A stretch of 32,000 nucleotides of DNA, taken from contig NC_016012.1 of assembly GCF_000283555.1 (NCBI RefSeq), positions 990,001 to 1,022,000 of the forward strand, written 5' to 3'. The stretch comes from Candidatus Arthromitus sp. SFB-rat-Yit (GTDB lineage Bacteria; Bacillota; Clostridia; Clostridiales; Clostridiaceae). The translations under genes were made by a program, and so were the position numbers. The first letter of the stretch is position 1; every line of letters starts with the position of its first letter. Of this stretch, positions 20,405-28,190 are shown in pieces. The notes below the pieces were generated by a model. That model saw only the letters and a list, made by a program, of their open reading frames with translations, made no database searches and was not told the DNA's origin.

Positions 20405-22588
20405 TTAAAGACCTAATGACTTAACTCTAGCTTGGAATTCTGATTCATTAACCATTTCATTAACTATAGATGATAGAGCTAAAGAATCAGTGTAACCATT
20501 ACCCTTTAAAGCATCAAATTTATCTGTCCAGAATTTTAATCCTGTTGCATCAGATTTTCTAGCAACAATTACTTCATATAAAGCTTCAACTCTTGAAGCA
20601 GTTGTTGAGTTTAAGTTTAAAAATTCTTTCTCTGATAATAAGTTTGTAACAAAGTTTTCTGGAGTTGTAACCTTAGTTGACAATTGGTTTTCCCAATAAG
20701 CAAATCCTCTTTCATCTGCTTGTCTTCCTAAAGAGTATATATACACATTACATATAAATTCTCTTAATTTAGTTTCAGAAACTTTTGTTGTAAATGTTGC
20801 AACATTAACTCTTCTACTAGTTCCATTTTTATCAGTATAAGTTATGTGGAAGTTTTTGTATTCTTTTTCAGGAACCAATCCTACTAATTCTACATTACCG
20901 TTTCTATATTCTACAGTAACACCTTCAACATTAGTTGAGAAATTTCTTCCATCTCTCATGCTGTTAGCTAAACTAGTATTTGAAACAGGTATAGATGCTG
21001 TGATATCTCTTATATTTCCTTTATTTATGTCAGTTGTTTTAATATCATAAGTAGTTGAAGATGAACTACTTGAGCTTCCTCCAGATATTGTTGATGAAGA
21101 TGCTGTTCTAAACTTTCCTTTAAGTACAACAGTTGTTCCATCTAATATTTCATATGTGTAATCTGTATATGAAGTAAGACCTGTTAATCTAAAATCTACT
21201 GGAAGTTTTGAAGTACCTGTAGATGTACCATTAAATGTTTGTCCATTTGGAGTTAATTTTAAAGTTAATCCATTAGTTGCAGTTACTGTATATGTTCCGT
21301 TTGCTGTAACAGTAGCTGAACTTGATCCTATATTTGAAACATTTGAACCTAAGTCTAATGTTTTAAAATCTGTTTTGTTTTCAGCAGTTATTCCTTGATA
21401 TGTATTACCATCTAGAACAACTTCTGCAGTTCCTTTTACTGTGTATTGAGTATTTCGTTTTAAATCAGTAAACTCATGATTTATAATATTTGTACCTGTT
21501 GGCTGATCAATATTGATATCTGTTGATGTTGTTCCCTCAATTATGCTTAATTGAGCTTTACCAATAGTTATACCAGCAGTTGATGTACCTTCTGTAACTG
21601 TAAATCTAGCATCTGCAAAGTTACCACCAATATTAACTTTAGTTATTTCCATTTTCATATTTTGTCCTACATACAACTGAGATCCTGGAGTAAATATGTT
21701 TCCTGTAACTCCTGTAGCAGGCACTGCAGGTTTTGTATCAAATAAAATACCTGTTATAGTATTGTTTTGTATAGTAACATTTTTATTAGTTGTAGTTTTA
21801 ATAAACGCATCCTTAGCTGGTGAAACTGTATCTTTAAATGTAACATTTGATATAGTTAAATCTTCTTGAGCATCTATAACTGCACCAGTGCTAGTTGTAT
21901 CTCTAGTTATTGTTAAAGCACCGTTACCGTCTAAAGTTAATCCAGTAGTCTTTACTTCAAATGAACCATTTTTAAAGTTTAAAGTCAATGGATTAGCAGT
22001 TGTTACGTTTGCCTTTATAGCATCTACTACAGCTTGAGTTAACTGAACAGTTCCAGTTACATCTGTTGTAGCTTTAGTTGTAGTAGTTGTCTTAGTTAAA
22101 TCTATATTAATTGTTTTAATTCCTAAATCTTTACTAGCTGTTATAATATTTGCTAACTTAACATCTGCAGATGCTTGTGTAGTACTACTTCCACTACCAG
22201 TAACAAGATCATTATTAAATTCAAGTACACCATTAACTACTGGATATTTATCAGTTGTGCTTCCACCATTGTTGTTATCCCCACCAGTATTGTTATCTCC
22301 ACCATTTCCTTGATCTGGTGTAGGTGTAGTTGTTCCACCATCTGTAGATGGCTTATCTGTTCCTTCTCCACCTGTTCCTGGAGTTGTAGTTTCACTTCCA
22401 CTTTCAGTGTTTATTGTATCTGTAGTTGCGTTTCCGTTTTCAGTGCTTCCTGAAGCTGTTTCAACATTTGCATTGATTAATTGAACTTGGTTTGCTTTAA
22501 CAACTTGTCCCATTCCTAAAGATGATGATGTAAATACTCCAAGCATTACTGCACCTAATATGAATTTAGCTAATTTTTTTCTTAACAT
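20405..22588 (-). CDS. Large exported protein: Thr/Gly/Pro-rich linker, beta-helix-like region, Fn3-like region, C-terminal DUF4214-like module
   Basis: Signal peptide MLRKKLAKFILGAVMLGVFTSSSLGMGQVVKA; TPTPDQGNGGDNNTGGDNNNGG linker; VYIYSLGRQADERGFAYWENQL and LYEVIVARKSDATGLKFWTDKF; start with AAGGAGAATTT upstream. Confidence 0.88.
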   Translation of the reverse strand: MLRKKLAKFILGAVMLGVFTSSSLGMGQVVKANQVQLINANVETASGSTENGNATTDTINTESGSETTTPGTGGEGTDKPSTDGGTTTPTPDQGNGGDNNTGGDNNNGGSTTDKYPVVNGVLEFNNDLVTGSGSSTTQASADVKLANIITASKDLGIKTINIDLTKTTTTTKATTDVTGTVQLTQAVVDAIKANVTTANPLTLNFKNGSFEVKTTGLTLDGNGALTITRDTTSTGAVIDAQEDLTISNVTFKDTVSPAKDAFIKTTTNKNVTIQNNTITGILFDTKPAVPATGVTGNIFTPGSQLYVGQNMKMEITKVNIGGNFADARFTVTEGTSTAGITIGKAQLSIIEGTTSTDINIDQPTGTNIINHEFTDLKRNTQYTVKGTAEVVLDGNTYQGITAENKTDFKTLDLGSNVSNIGSSSATVTANGTYTVTATNGLTLKLTPNGQTFNGTSTGTSKLPVDFRLTGLTSYTDYTYEILDGTTVVLKGKFRTASSSTISGGSSSSSSSTTYDIKTTDINKGNIRDITASIPVSNTSLANSMRDGRNFSTNVEGVTVEYRNGNVELVGLVPEKEYKNFHITYTDKNGTSRRVNVATFTTKVSETKLREFICNVYIYSLGRQADERGFAYWENQLSTKVTTPENFVTNLLSEKEFLNLNSTTASRVEALYEVIVARKSDATGLKFWTDKFDALKGNGYTDSLALSSIVNEMVNESEFQARVKSLGL

Positions 22589-22794
22589 ATAAATTCTCCT
22601 TAACATCTATTTCATTTAATATAAAAATTAATTGAATTCTGTTTAACATTTTTGCTACATAGTTTTGTCGTTAATTTTTATCTAGCCACATCATTTCGTC
22701 ATCTTTTTTACAATTTTATTAAATTTTGTAATATTTTGCAATACTTTTTTAATAATTTTGTTATATTTTTTTAATTTTAAAATTTTTAAAAAAA

Positions 22795-22822
22795 TGAGGG
22801 ACCACTTTAAAGTGATCCCTCA
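22795..22822 (-). terminator. Terminator overlapping the 3' end of the dehydrogenase gene
   Basis: tgagggaccactttaaagtgatccctca near-perfect palindrome. Confidence 0.8.
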
Positions 22823-23788
22823 CGATTTATAACTAACCCCATTTATTACATTTCCATGTATTGAAAATTCTTGTAGATTAATCCTCAACTGATTAAATAA
22901 TCTCTCTCTTGTTTCAAGTGGACACCATCCATAATGCGGTGTAATCACACAGTTCTGAACGCCTAACAAAACATTTGACTCTAACATCGGCTCAACTTCA
23001 ATAACATCTAGAAAAGCAATCCCTACTTTCCCATTTTGAAGTGATTCTTTTAAGGCTTGTTCGTCTATAAGTTTCCCTCTTGCTGTGTTAATAATAATTA
23101 CTCCGTCTTTCATAATTGAAAGCGTTTCTTTATTTATAATATGTTTTGTGTCATTTGTCAATGGACAATGCAGAGATAATATGTCACTATTTTTGAATAG
23201 CTCTTCTTTTGATACAAATTTTATATTGTCTGTGTCTTCTCTTTTTGTGGTTGTATGAACTAGTACTTTCATTCCAAATGCTACGGCAATCTCAGATACT
23301 TTCTTCCCAATATTTCCATATCCAAAAATTCCAAGTGTTTTACCTGCGATTTCAGATACTCTTCTATCGTAGAAACAAAAATCTTTTGACTTCACCCATT
23401 CACCGCTGTGAACTCGCCTATTATGTAATGAAACTTTTCTAAAATATTCAAAAATATATGCGAACACGAGTTCAGAAACTGCGTTAGTTGAATAATCTGG
23501 AACATTTGTGACTGTTATATTATTTTTTGAGCAAAAATCAATGTCTATGTGATCAACTCCTGTTGCCATTGATCCAATGTACTCAAGTTTTTTACATCTG
23601 TCAAGAACTTCACCTCTTAAAGGTACTTTACATGTTAGAACATAAGTTGCATCTTTGACTCTTTCAAAAACTTCATCTTCTTGTGTTCTATCGTGAACCT
23701 CAACTCTATCGGCATAATCTAAAAATACACCCCAATTAAATTCTCCAGGGTTAATAGTGTACGCATCTAAAACAACGACTTTATCCAT
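22820..23788 (-). CDS. D-isomer specific 2-hydroxyacid dehydrogenase, NAD-binding
   Basis: LGIFGYGNIGKKVSEIAVAFGMKV, VTNVPDYSTNAVSELVFA, IINTARGKLIDEQAL, ITPHYGWCPLETRER. Exact start uncertain (23788 or 23803). Confidence 0.93.
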   Translation of the reverse strand: MDKVVVLDAYTINPGEFNWGVFLDYADRVEVHDRTQEDEVFERVKDATYVLTCKVPLRGEVLDRCKKLEYIGSMATGVDHIDIDFCSKNNITVTNVPDYSTNAVSELVFAYIFEYFRKVSLHNRRVHSGEWVKSKDFCFYDRRVSEIAGKTLGIFGYGNIGKKVSEIAVAFGMKVLVHTTTKREDTDNIKFVSKEELFKNSDILSLHCPLTNDTKHIINKETLSIMKDGVIIINTARGKLIDEQALKESLQNGKVGIAFLDVIEVEPMLESNVLLGVQNCVITPHYGWCPLETRERLFNQLRINLQEFSIHGNVINGVSYKS

Positions 23789-24154
23789 AAAATCTAACCC
23801 CATTCATTTTAAATTACTTATATAGTATATAGATAATATCATATAAACAAGTAATATTCAAATTTATTTAAAATTTATAGTGAGTGTGTATTTAGAAATG
23901 ATGTCTATGAAACCATATATCGCCCCAAATAATATAAACTTTAGAAATAATTAGCAAAATTTTAAAATTAATTTTCATGAATTAAATATTTAATCAATAG
24001 TTACGATAATTTTTAAAAAACAATTAAAACCTTGTAACTTGATTAATATAAAATTTTGATTTATATTAATATTACATTAATTATGTTAACTTTATATTAA
24101 TTTCATTAATTATCAATAATTAATTGAGAATCTAATTTAAGGAGATCAATTATT

Positions 24155-25183
24155 ATGAAAAAAAATACAAAATTGAAGCGTGCAAAAATAATTTGCTCGG
24201 CAATCATATTATCATCAACCGTCATAGCATCCTCAGCTCAAGCTGCAAAAGCTGCAGGTTTGGGTACTCGAGTTAGAAATGTAGGTGCTTCTGTTACTTC
24301 TGGAATTAGAGGCATTGGTGATTTTTTCAGTGGATTAGGAACTAGAGTATCTAGATGGACTAGTGGTTTAACTTCTTGCTTTGGACGTGGAAATACTACT
24401 AGTGGTGGTTATACTGTTGAAGGTACAGTAGGTCCCGACGGAACAGTATATTCTACAATAAAACTTAAGAATAATGGGGGTGGACCTAATAGTGTACTAC
24501 CTAAAGATGCCGTTTTGATTGAAGAAGTAATATATACTACTGTTAAAAAAACTAACAGCGGAAATAATGGCAGCAGTAGTGGAAGACAAAATAGGCTTTC
24601 AACATTCAGTACTGATAGTGGTGGAAGTACATCTCCATATGCTGTTGTTGATTCTAATGGAAAGATTAATGCTCCTTCTAAAAACCCAACTAGCGGATCT
24701 ACATCAGGTAATAATGGACCAACATATGAAAATTTAGGATATCATGGTCATTCCTCAACTGGCGATCCAACATATGCTGATATTAATGCTACAAACAAAA
24801 CACCTAAACCAACAGTTACTAGCACTACAACATCTAGCACCACTTCTTCTACAAGCCCAACTAAAACTCCACCACCTGTTGCACCTAAGCCAAAGCTTAA
24901 TACCACTGGAACATCTACTAGTACTACTACCACTACATCTACTAGTACTTCTACTTCTTCTAGCACTACTTCTTCTAGCTCATCTGGGAATCAAACTAAA
25001 ACTCCACCAGCTACTCCACCTAAACCAACAAAACCAACACCTCCACTAAGAACTACTTCATTAGGTCCTAATAGTATACCAATAAAAAATAAAGATGGTA
25101 ATGGAAATACAACTGGTACTAAATTAACACCAATAACTGAATCAGGTACATCACAGACTAAATTAACACAAACTAAATTTTAA
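24155..25183 (+). CDS. Exported, disordered Ser/Thr/Pro-rich protein with multiple phosphotyrosine-like and proline-rich motifs; candidate host-directed effector
   Basis: AAGGAG upstream; signal peptide MKKNTKLKRAKIICSAIILSSTVIASSAQA; motifs TVYSTI, VIYTTV, SPYAVV, PTYENL, DPTYADI, PPPVAPKPKL, TPPKPTKPTPPLR. Confidence 0.85.
   Translation: MKKNTKLKRAKIICSAIILSSTVIASSAQAAKAAGLGTRVRNVGASVTSGIRGIGDFFSGLGTRVSRWTSGLTSCFGRGNTTSGGYTVEGTVGPDGTVYSTIKLKNNGGGPNSVLPKDAVLIEEVIYTTVKKTNSGNNGSSSGRQNRLSTFSTDSGGSTSPYAVVDSNGKINAPSKNPTSGSTSGNNGPTYENLGYHGHSSTGDPTYADINATNKTPKPTVTSTTTSSTTSSTSPTKTPPPVAPKPKLNTTGTSTSTTTTTSTSTSTSSSTTSSSSSGNQTKTPPATPPKPTKPTPPLRTTSLGPNSIPIKNKDGNGNTTGTKLTPITESGTSQTKLTQTKF
24857..25000 (+). 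repeat. Low-complexity Ser/Thr codon repeat tract inside the coding sequence
   Basis: Runs of act/tct/agc codons encoding TSTSTTTTTSTSTSTSSSTTSSSSSG. Confidence 0.8.
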
Positions 25184-25190
25184 TTCTACT

Positions 25191-25228
25191 AGAAGTGATA
25201 TCTATTTAAGATATCACTTCTTTTTTTT
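25191..25228 (+). terminator. Strong Rho-independent terminator
   Basis: agaagtgatatctatttaagatatcacttctttttttt. Confidence 0.92.
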
Positions 25229-25310
25229 GTAAATTTTCAAAAAGTTGGGACGATAATAAGATTAAATATGAAATGTATTAAATTTTTAAGGATATGCGAG
25301 GTTTTAAATT

Positions 25311-25925
25311 ATGAATAAAATATTAAAATCCTTGTTGGCAGGGAGTGCCATAATCGTTCCAATCATCGCACTGTTTAGTTCCCAAAAAGAAGCTGAAGCA
25401 TTTAAAATAAGTGGTATAAGATTACCATCAAGAGTAACAAGCCCAACTGTTAAACTTAAATCTCCAAATATAACTCCAGTAAAATTTTCTGGAACAACAG
25501 TTAGTAACATAAAAAAATCTCCTTCCCAAACTACTACTCCTAAGAAAACTCTAGATAACCTTCCGCAAACTGACCCACAGCTTGCTAAAAGTCTAGATAA
25601 ACTCGGAGAAATAATAACAACTCACAAACTCAAAATAGTTAAAGTTAATGGTAATGGTAGTACTAAAGCCCCTACAGTACCTCAAAGAGGTGACCAGACA
25701 TATTCAACTGTGGGAGAATCTCCATATGAAACTCCTACTACTGATCCTATTTACGAAAATGTTCTAACTATTAAACAACCTACTACCAAACCTACTACTA
25801 ATAATGGGAATTCTACAGGATTAAAAAAGAGACCTGCACATAACCCAAATAAAGGACCAGCTCCTCAACCTCCAAAACAACAACTAAAGCCTGTTGAAGA
25901 ACACATCTATGAAGAAATCCCTTAA
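25311..25925 (+). CDS. Exported protein with clustered tyrosine motifs ending in IYEEIP; candidate host-directed effector
   Basis: Signal peptide MNKILKSLLAGSAIIVPIIALFSSQKEAEA; QTYSTVGESPYETPTTDPIYENVLT; C-terminus GPAPQPPKQQLKPVEEHIYEEIP. Confidence 0.85.
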   Translation: MNKILKSLLAGSAIIVPIIALFSSQKEAEAFKISGIRLPSRVTSPTVKLKSPNITPVKFSGTTVSNIKKSPSQTTTPKKTLDNLPQTDPQLAKSLDKLGEIITTHKLKIVKVNGNGSTKAPTVPQRGDQTYSTVGESPYETPTTDPIYENVLTIKQPTTKPTTNNGNSTGLKKRPAHNPNKGPAPQPPKQQLKPVEEHIYEEIP

Positions 25926-25952
25926 AAACGTTGTTATTAAGGGGTGAAGACA

Positions 25953-26762
25953 ATGAAAAATAATAAAGATAAAATATTGTTAACTGCTTTAATCCTCGGA
26001 ATACCAACGATTACAACGTTAACAAAATCTGAAGACTCGAACGCTATGTTGAGAGCTGCAAGTGTTAATTCAGTTAAAACTATGGCATCAATGATTAATA
26101 AAGCAGCTCTTATTAAACCACCAGTAGCACCAAAGCCCTCTAATATAAAAGTAGTAAATAGTGGTCTTGTTAAAAATGCAGCATCACTATTTAACAATAC
26201 TACAACTGCAACAAACAAAGTAGCCACAGTAAAGCGTACTCAATCAGTTGGAAGACTAAATCTTAAAAGCACTTTTGCTAGTAACTTAGATAGCCTTTTG
26301 GGAGCTACTCATGGATCAGGTGCAGGATTAAAGAAATCTAATAGCGTATCTGTTAATAAATTAGATTCTTCACAAAAAAATAAACTCAGTAGTCTTCTTG
26401 GTGGTGGAACGTCATCAAAAGGTTATAGTCTAGACCTTAGCAATCTTCCAAAAACTCCACCACCGCCACCTACTCAGTCACAAGGAACACCTATAACAAG
26501 TTCACAACAATTAACAACCACTACAACAACGACTAATACCACACCACCACCTATACCAAACGCTCCACCTCTTCCTGCACCTAAATTAAGTTCAACAAAT
26601 ACTACAACGAACGGAGCAGGAAATTTAAAAAATCAGCTATCAAATAAATTAAGCAGCGGACTCAATAAAACAAATACAACTACTCAAACACAAAAACAAC
26701 CTACTCCTCAAGATGATTTATTAAAAGAGCTTAAAACAAAACTCCAATTAAGAACAAAATAA
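25953..26762 (+). CDS. Exported protein with cortactin/SH3-like KPPVAPKP, LL...LKK (WH2-like) segment and polyproline stretches; candidate actin-directed effector
   Basis: ATG at 25953 with AAGGGG upstream (track start 25944 is an in-frame GTG). N-terminal MKNNKDKILLTALILGIPTITTLTKSEDSNA; IKPPVAPKPSN; NLDSLLGATHGSGAGLKKSNSV; LPKTPPPPPTQ; TPPPIPNAPPLPAPKL. Confidence 0.8.
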   Translation: MKNNKDKILLTALILGIPTITTLTKSEDSNAMLRAASVNSVKTMASMINKAALIKPPVAPKPSNIKVVNSGLVKNAASLFNNTTTATNKVATVKRTQSVGRLNLKSTFASNLDSLLGATHGSGAGLKKSNSVSVNKLDSSQKNKLSSLLGGGTSSKGYSLDLSNLPKTPPPPPTQSQGTPITSSQQLTTTTTTTNTTPPPIPNAPPLPAPKLSSTNTTTNGAGNLKNQLSNKLSSGLNKTNTTTQTQKQPTPQDDLLKELKTKLQLRTK

Positions 26763-26763
26763 A

Positions 26764-26799
26764 AAAAGTGCCTGTAAAAATTTTTACAGACACTTTTAT
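26764..26799. terminator. Bidirectional terminator
   Basis: aaaaagtgcctgtaaaaatttttacagacactttta. Confidence 0.85.
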
Positions 26800-27449
26800 T
26801 TTGTACTCACTGATTTAATTTCAAAAGCTTTCGATATATTATTCAATTTATCCACTCTATCTAAACAACCCATAATTTTTTGAATATATACTTTCTCTTC
26901 TCTCAATCCCTGTATTCTTATATCATCATTAATTATAACAAAAGGAACTCCCGTAAGATCGACATCTATAGCATGAGAGGCATCGTTTGAATATTCAACA
27001 TAGCACTTCTTTAACTCTTCATCAGTAAGATTTGTTGGAATACCAATATTTGCAAATACCTGCTGTATTTTATCAAGATCACTTATATTATCAAGATTTT
27101 CAAACATCATTTTATAAATGGCATTTATATATTCCGATTCTTTATTGTATCTTTTCGCAAATTTAGAAAGTATTAACGCTGTCTTCGTATTATATTTCAT
27201 CTTAACATCATTAATTTTAATTCCATATTGCATTCCTATATTACTTAATATTTGTAAAATAGATGAATAGTTAGGCAACACATCTAATAATTCAGATGTC
27301 CTAATTCCATTCTCAGAAATATCAACATGCAACTCTTTAGTATAATATTCAACTTTAATCGGATATTCTTTTTCCAACTTATCAAACATTACCTTACACA
27401 CATAACTAAATGGACAAATAAAGTCGTAAAACAATTTTACACTTATCAA
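26796..27449 (-). CDS. DsbA/FrnE-like thioredoxin-fold protein with CPFS in place of CxxC
   Basis: VKLFYDFICPFSYVCKVMFDKL at the N-terminus; cis-Pro region DLTGVPFVIINDDIRIQGLR. Confidence 0.75.
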   Translation of the reverse strand: MISVKLFYDFICPFSYVCKVMFDKLEKEYPIKVEYYTKELHVDISENGIRTSELLDVLPNYSSILQILSNIGMQYGIKINDVKMKYNTKTALILSKFAKRYNKESEYINAIYKMMFENLDNISDLDKIQQVFANIGIPTNLTDEELKKCYVEYSNDASHAIDVDLTGVPFVIINDDIRIQGLREEKVYIQKIMGCLDRVDKLNNISKAFEIKSVSTK

Positions 27450-27525
27450 TCTTACTCCTCCTACAAATTACTACGAACTCATAGGCTTATTATTTGTGTA
27501 AATATAATTTATATTCACCTATTGA

Positions 27526-28074
27526 CTACCAATCTGCAAAAAAAGATTTCACTATTGCAAAAAATTCTCTTAAAACATTAATTTTAAAAAATTTACTCCG
27601 ATCTTTGCTTCCTTTTAAATAAACTTTTTTAAATCCAACTCTGTGGGCAATCATCATCGCTCTAAATAAATGATAATTACTTGAGATTATCATAACTTTC
27701 TCTATATCCCCTATAATTTCCCTTGAATTTCTCAAATTCTCAAAAGTATTCCTAGACTTATCCTCAACCAAAATCCTATTAATATCAATTCCATGATTAA
27801 TCAAATATTTTTTCATTACACTAGCCTCAGTCGTAACTTCATCAATTCCCTGACCACCTGTAACTATAATCTTTGACTCAGGAAACTTATTCAAATAATC
27901 AATCGCACATATAAGACGATTTTCTAACGCCCTACACGGCCTATTCTCATCCAAAACTCTAGCACCAAGAACTATAACGTAATCACAAAACCTATCACAA
28001 TTACTCATACTAAATAAAAAAACCGAACACACAAATATTAATATCAAAATCAAAAATATTGTAAGTATAAACAC
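27526..28074 (-). CDS. YdcF/SanA-like DUF218 family protein
   Basis: DYVIVLGARVLDENRPCRALENRLICAIDYLNKFPESKIIVTGGQGIDEVTTEASVMKKYLINHGIDINRILVEDKSRNTFENL. Confidence 0.88.
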   Translation of the reverse strand: MFILTIFLILILIFVCSVFLFSMSNCDRFCDYVIVLGARVLDENRPCRALENRLICAIDYLNKFPESKIIVTGGQGIDEVTTEASVMKKYLINHGIDINRILVEDKSRNTFENLRNSREIIGDIEKVMIISSNYHLFRAMMIAHRVGFKKVYLKGSKDRSKFFKINVLREFFAIVKSFFADW

Positions 28075-28190
28075 GCTGAATTCACCTCTTAAATTTTAAT
28101 AACTATTTTTGAAAAATTTAAGAATATTTTTTGCCATTTATTTGCAAACTATAAATATAATAAATTTTTTGGTACATTAAGGAGAACATT

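Noticed and set aside
22175-22453. Plus-strand Cys/Ser/Thr-rich ORF
   Set aside because: Antisense to the Thr/Gly/Pro linker of the 20405-22588 gene.
23822-24154. Very AT-rich intergenic stretch with attaat repeats as an origin or riboswitch
   Set aside because: No DnaA-box cluster or structured aptamer recognised; probably promoter/UP-element DNA of the 24155 gene.
24748-24966. Reverse-strand ORF MLEEVEVLVDVVVVVLVDV...
   Set aside because: Antisense artefact of the Ser/Thr repeat codons of the 24155-25183 gene; no RBS or family signal.
24744-25049. Plus-strand alternative-frame ORF MVIPQLAIQHMLILM...
   Set aside because: Frame-shifted reading of low-complexity repeats inside the 24155-25183 gene.
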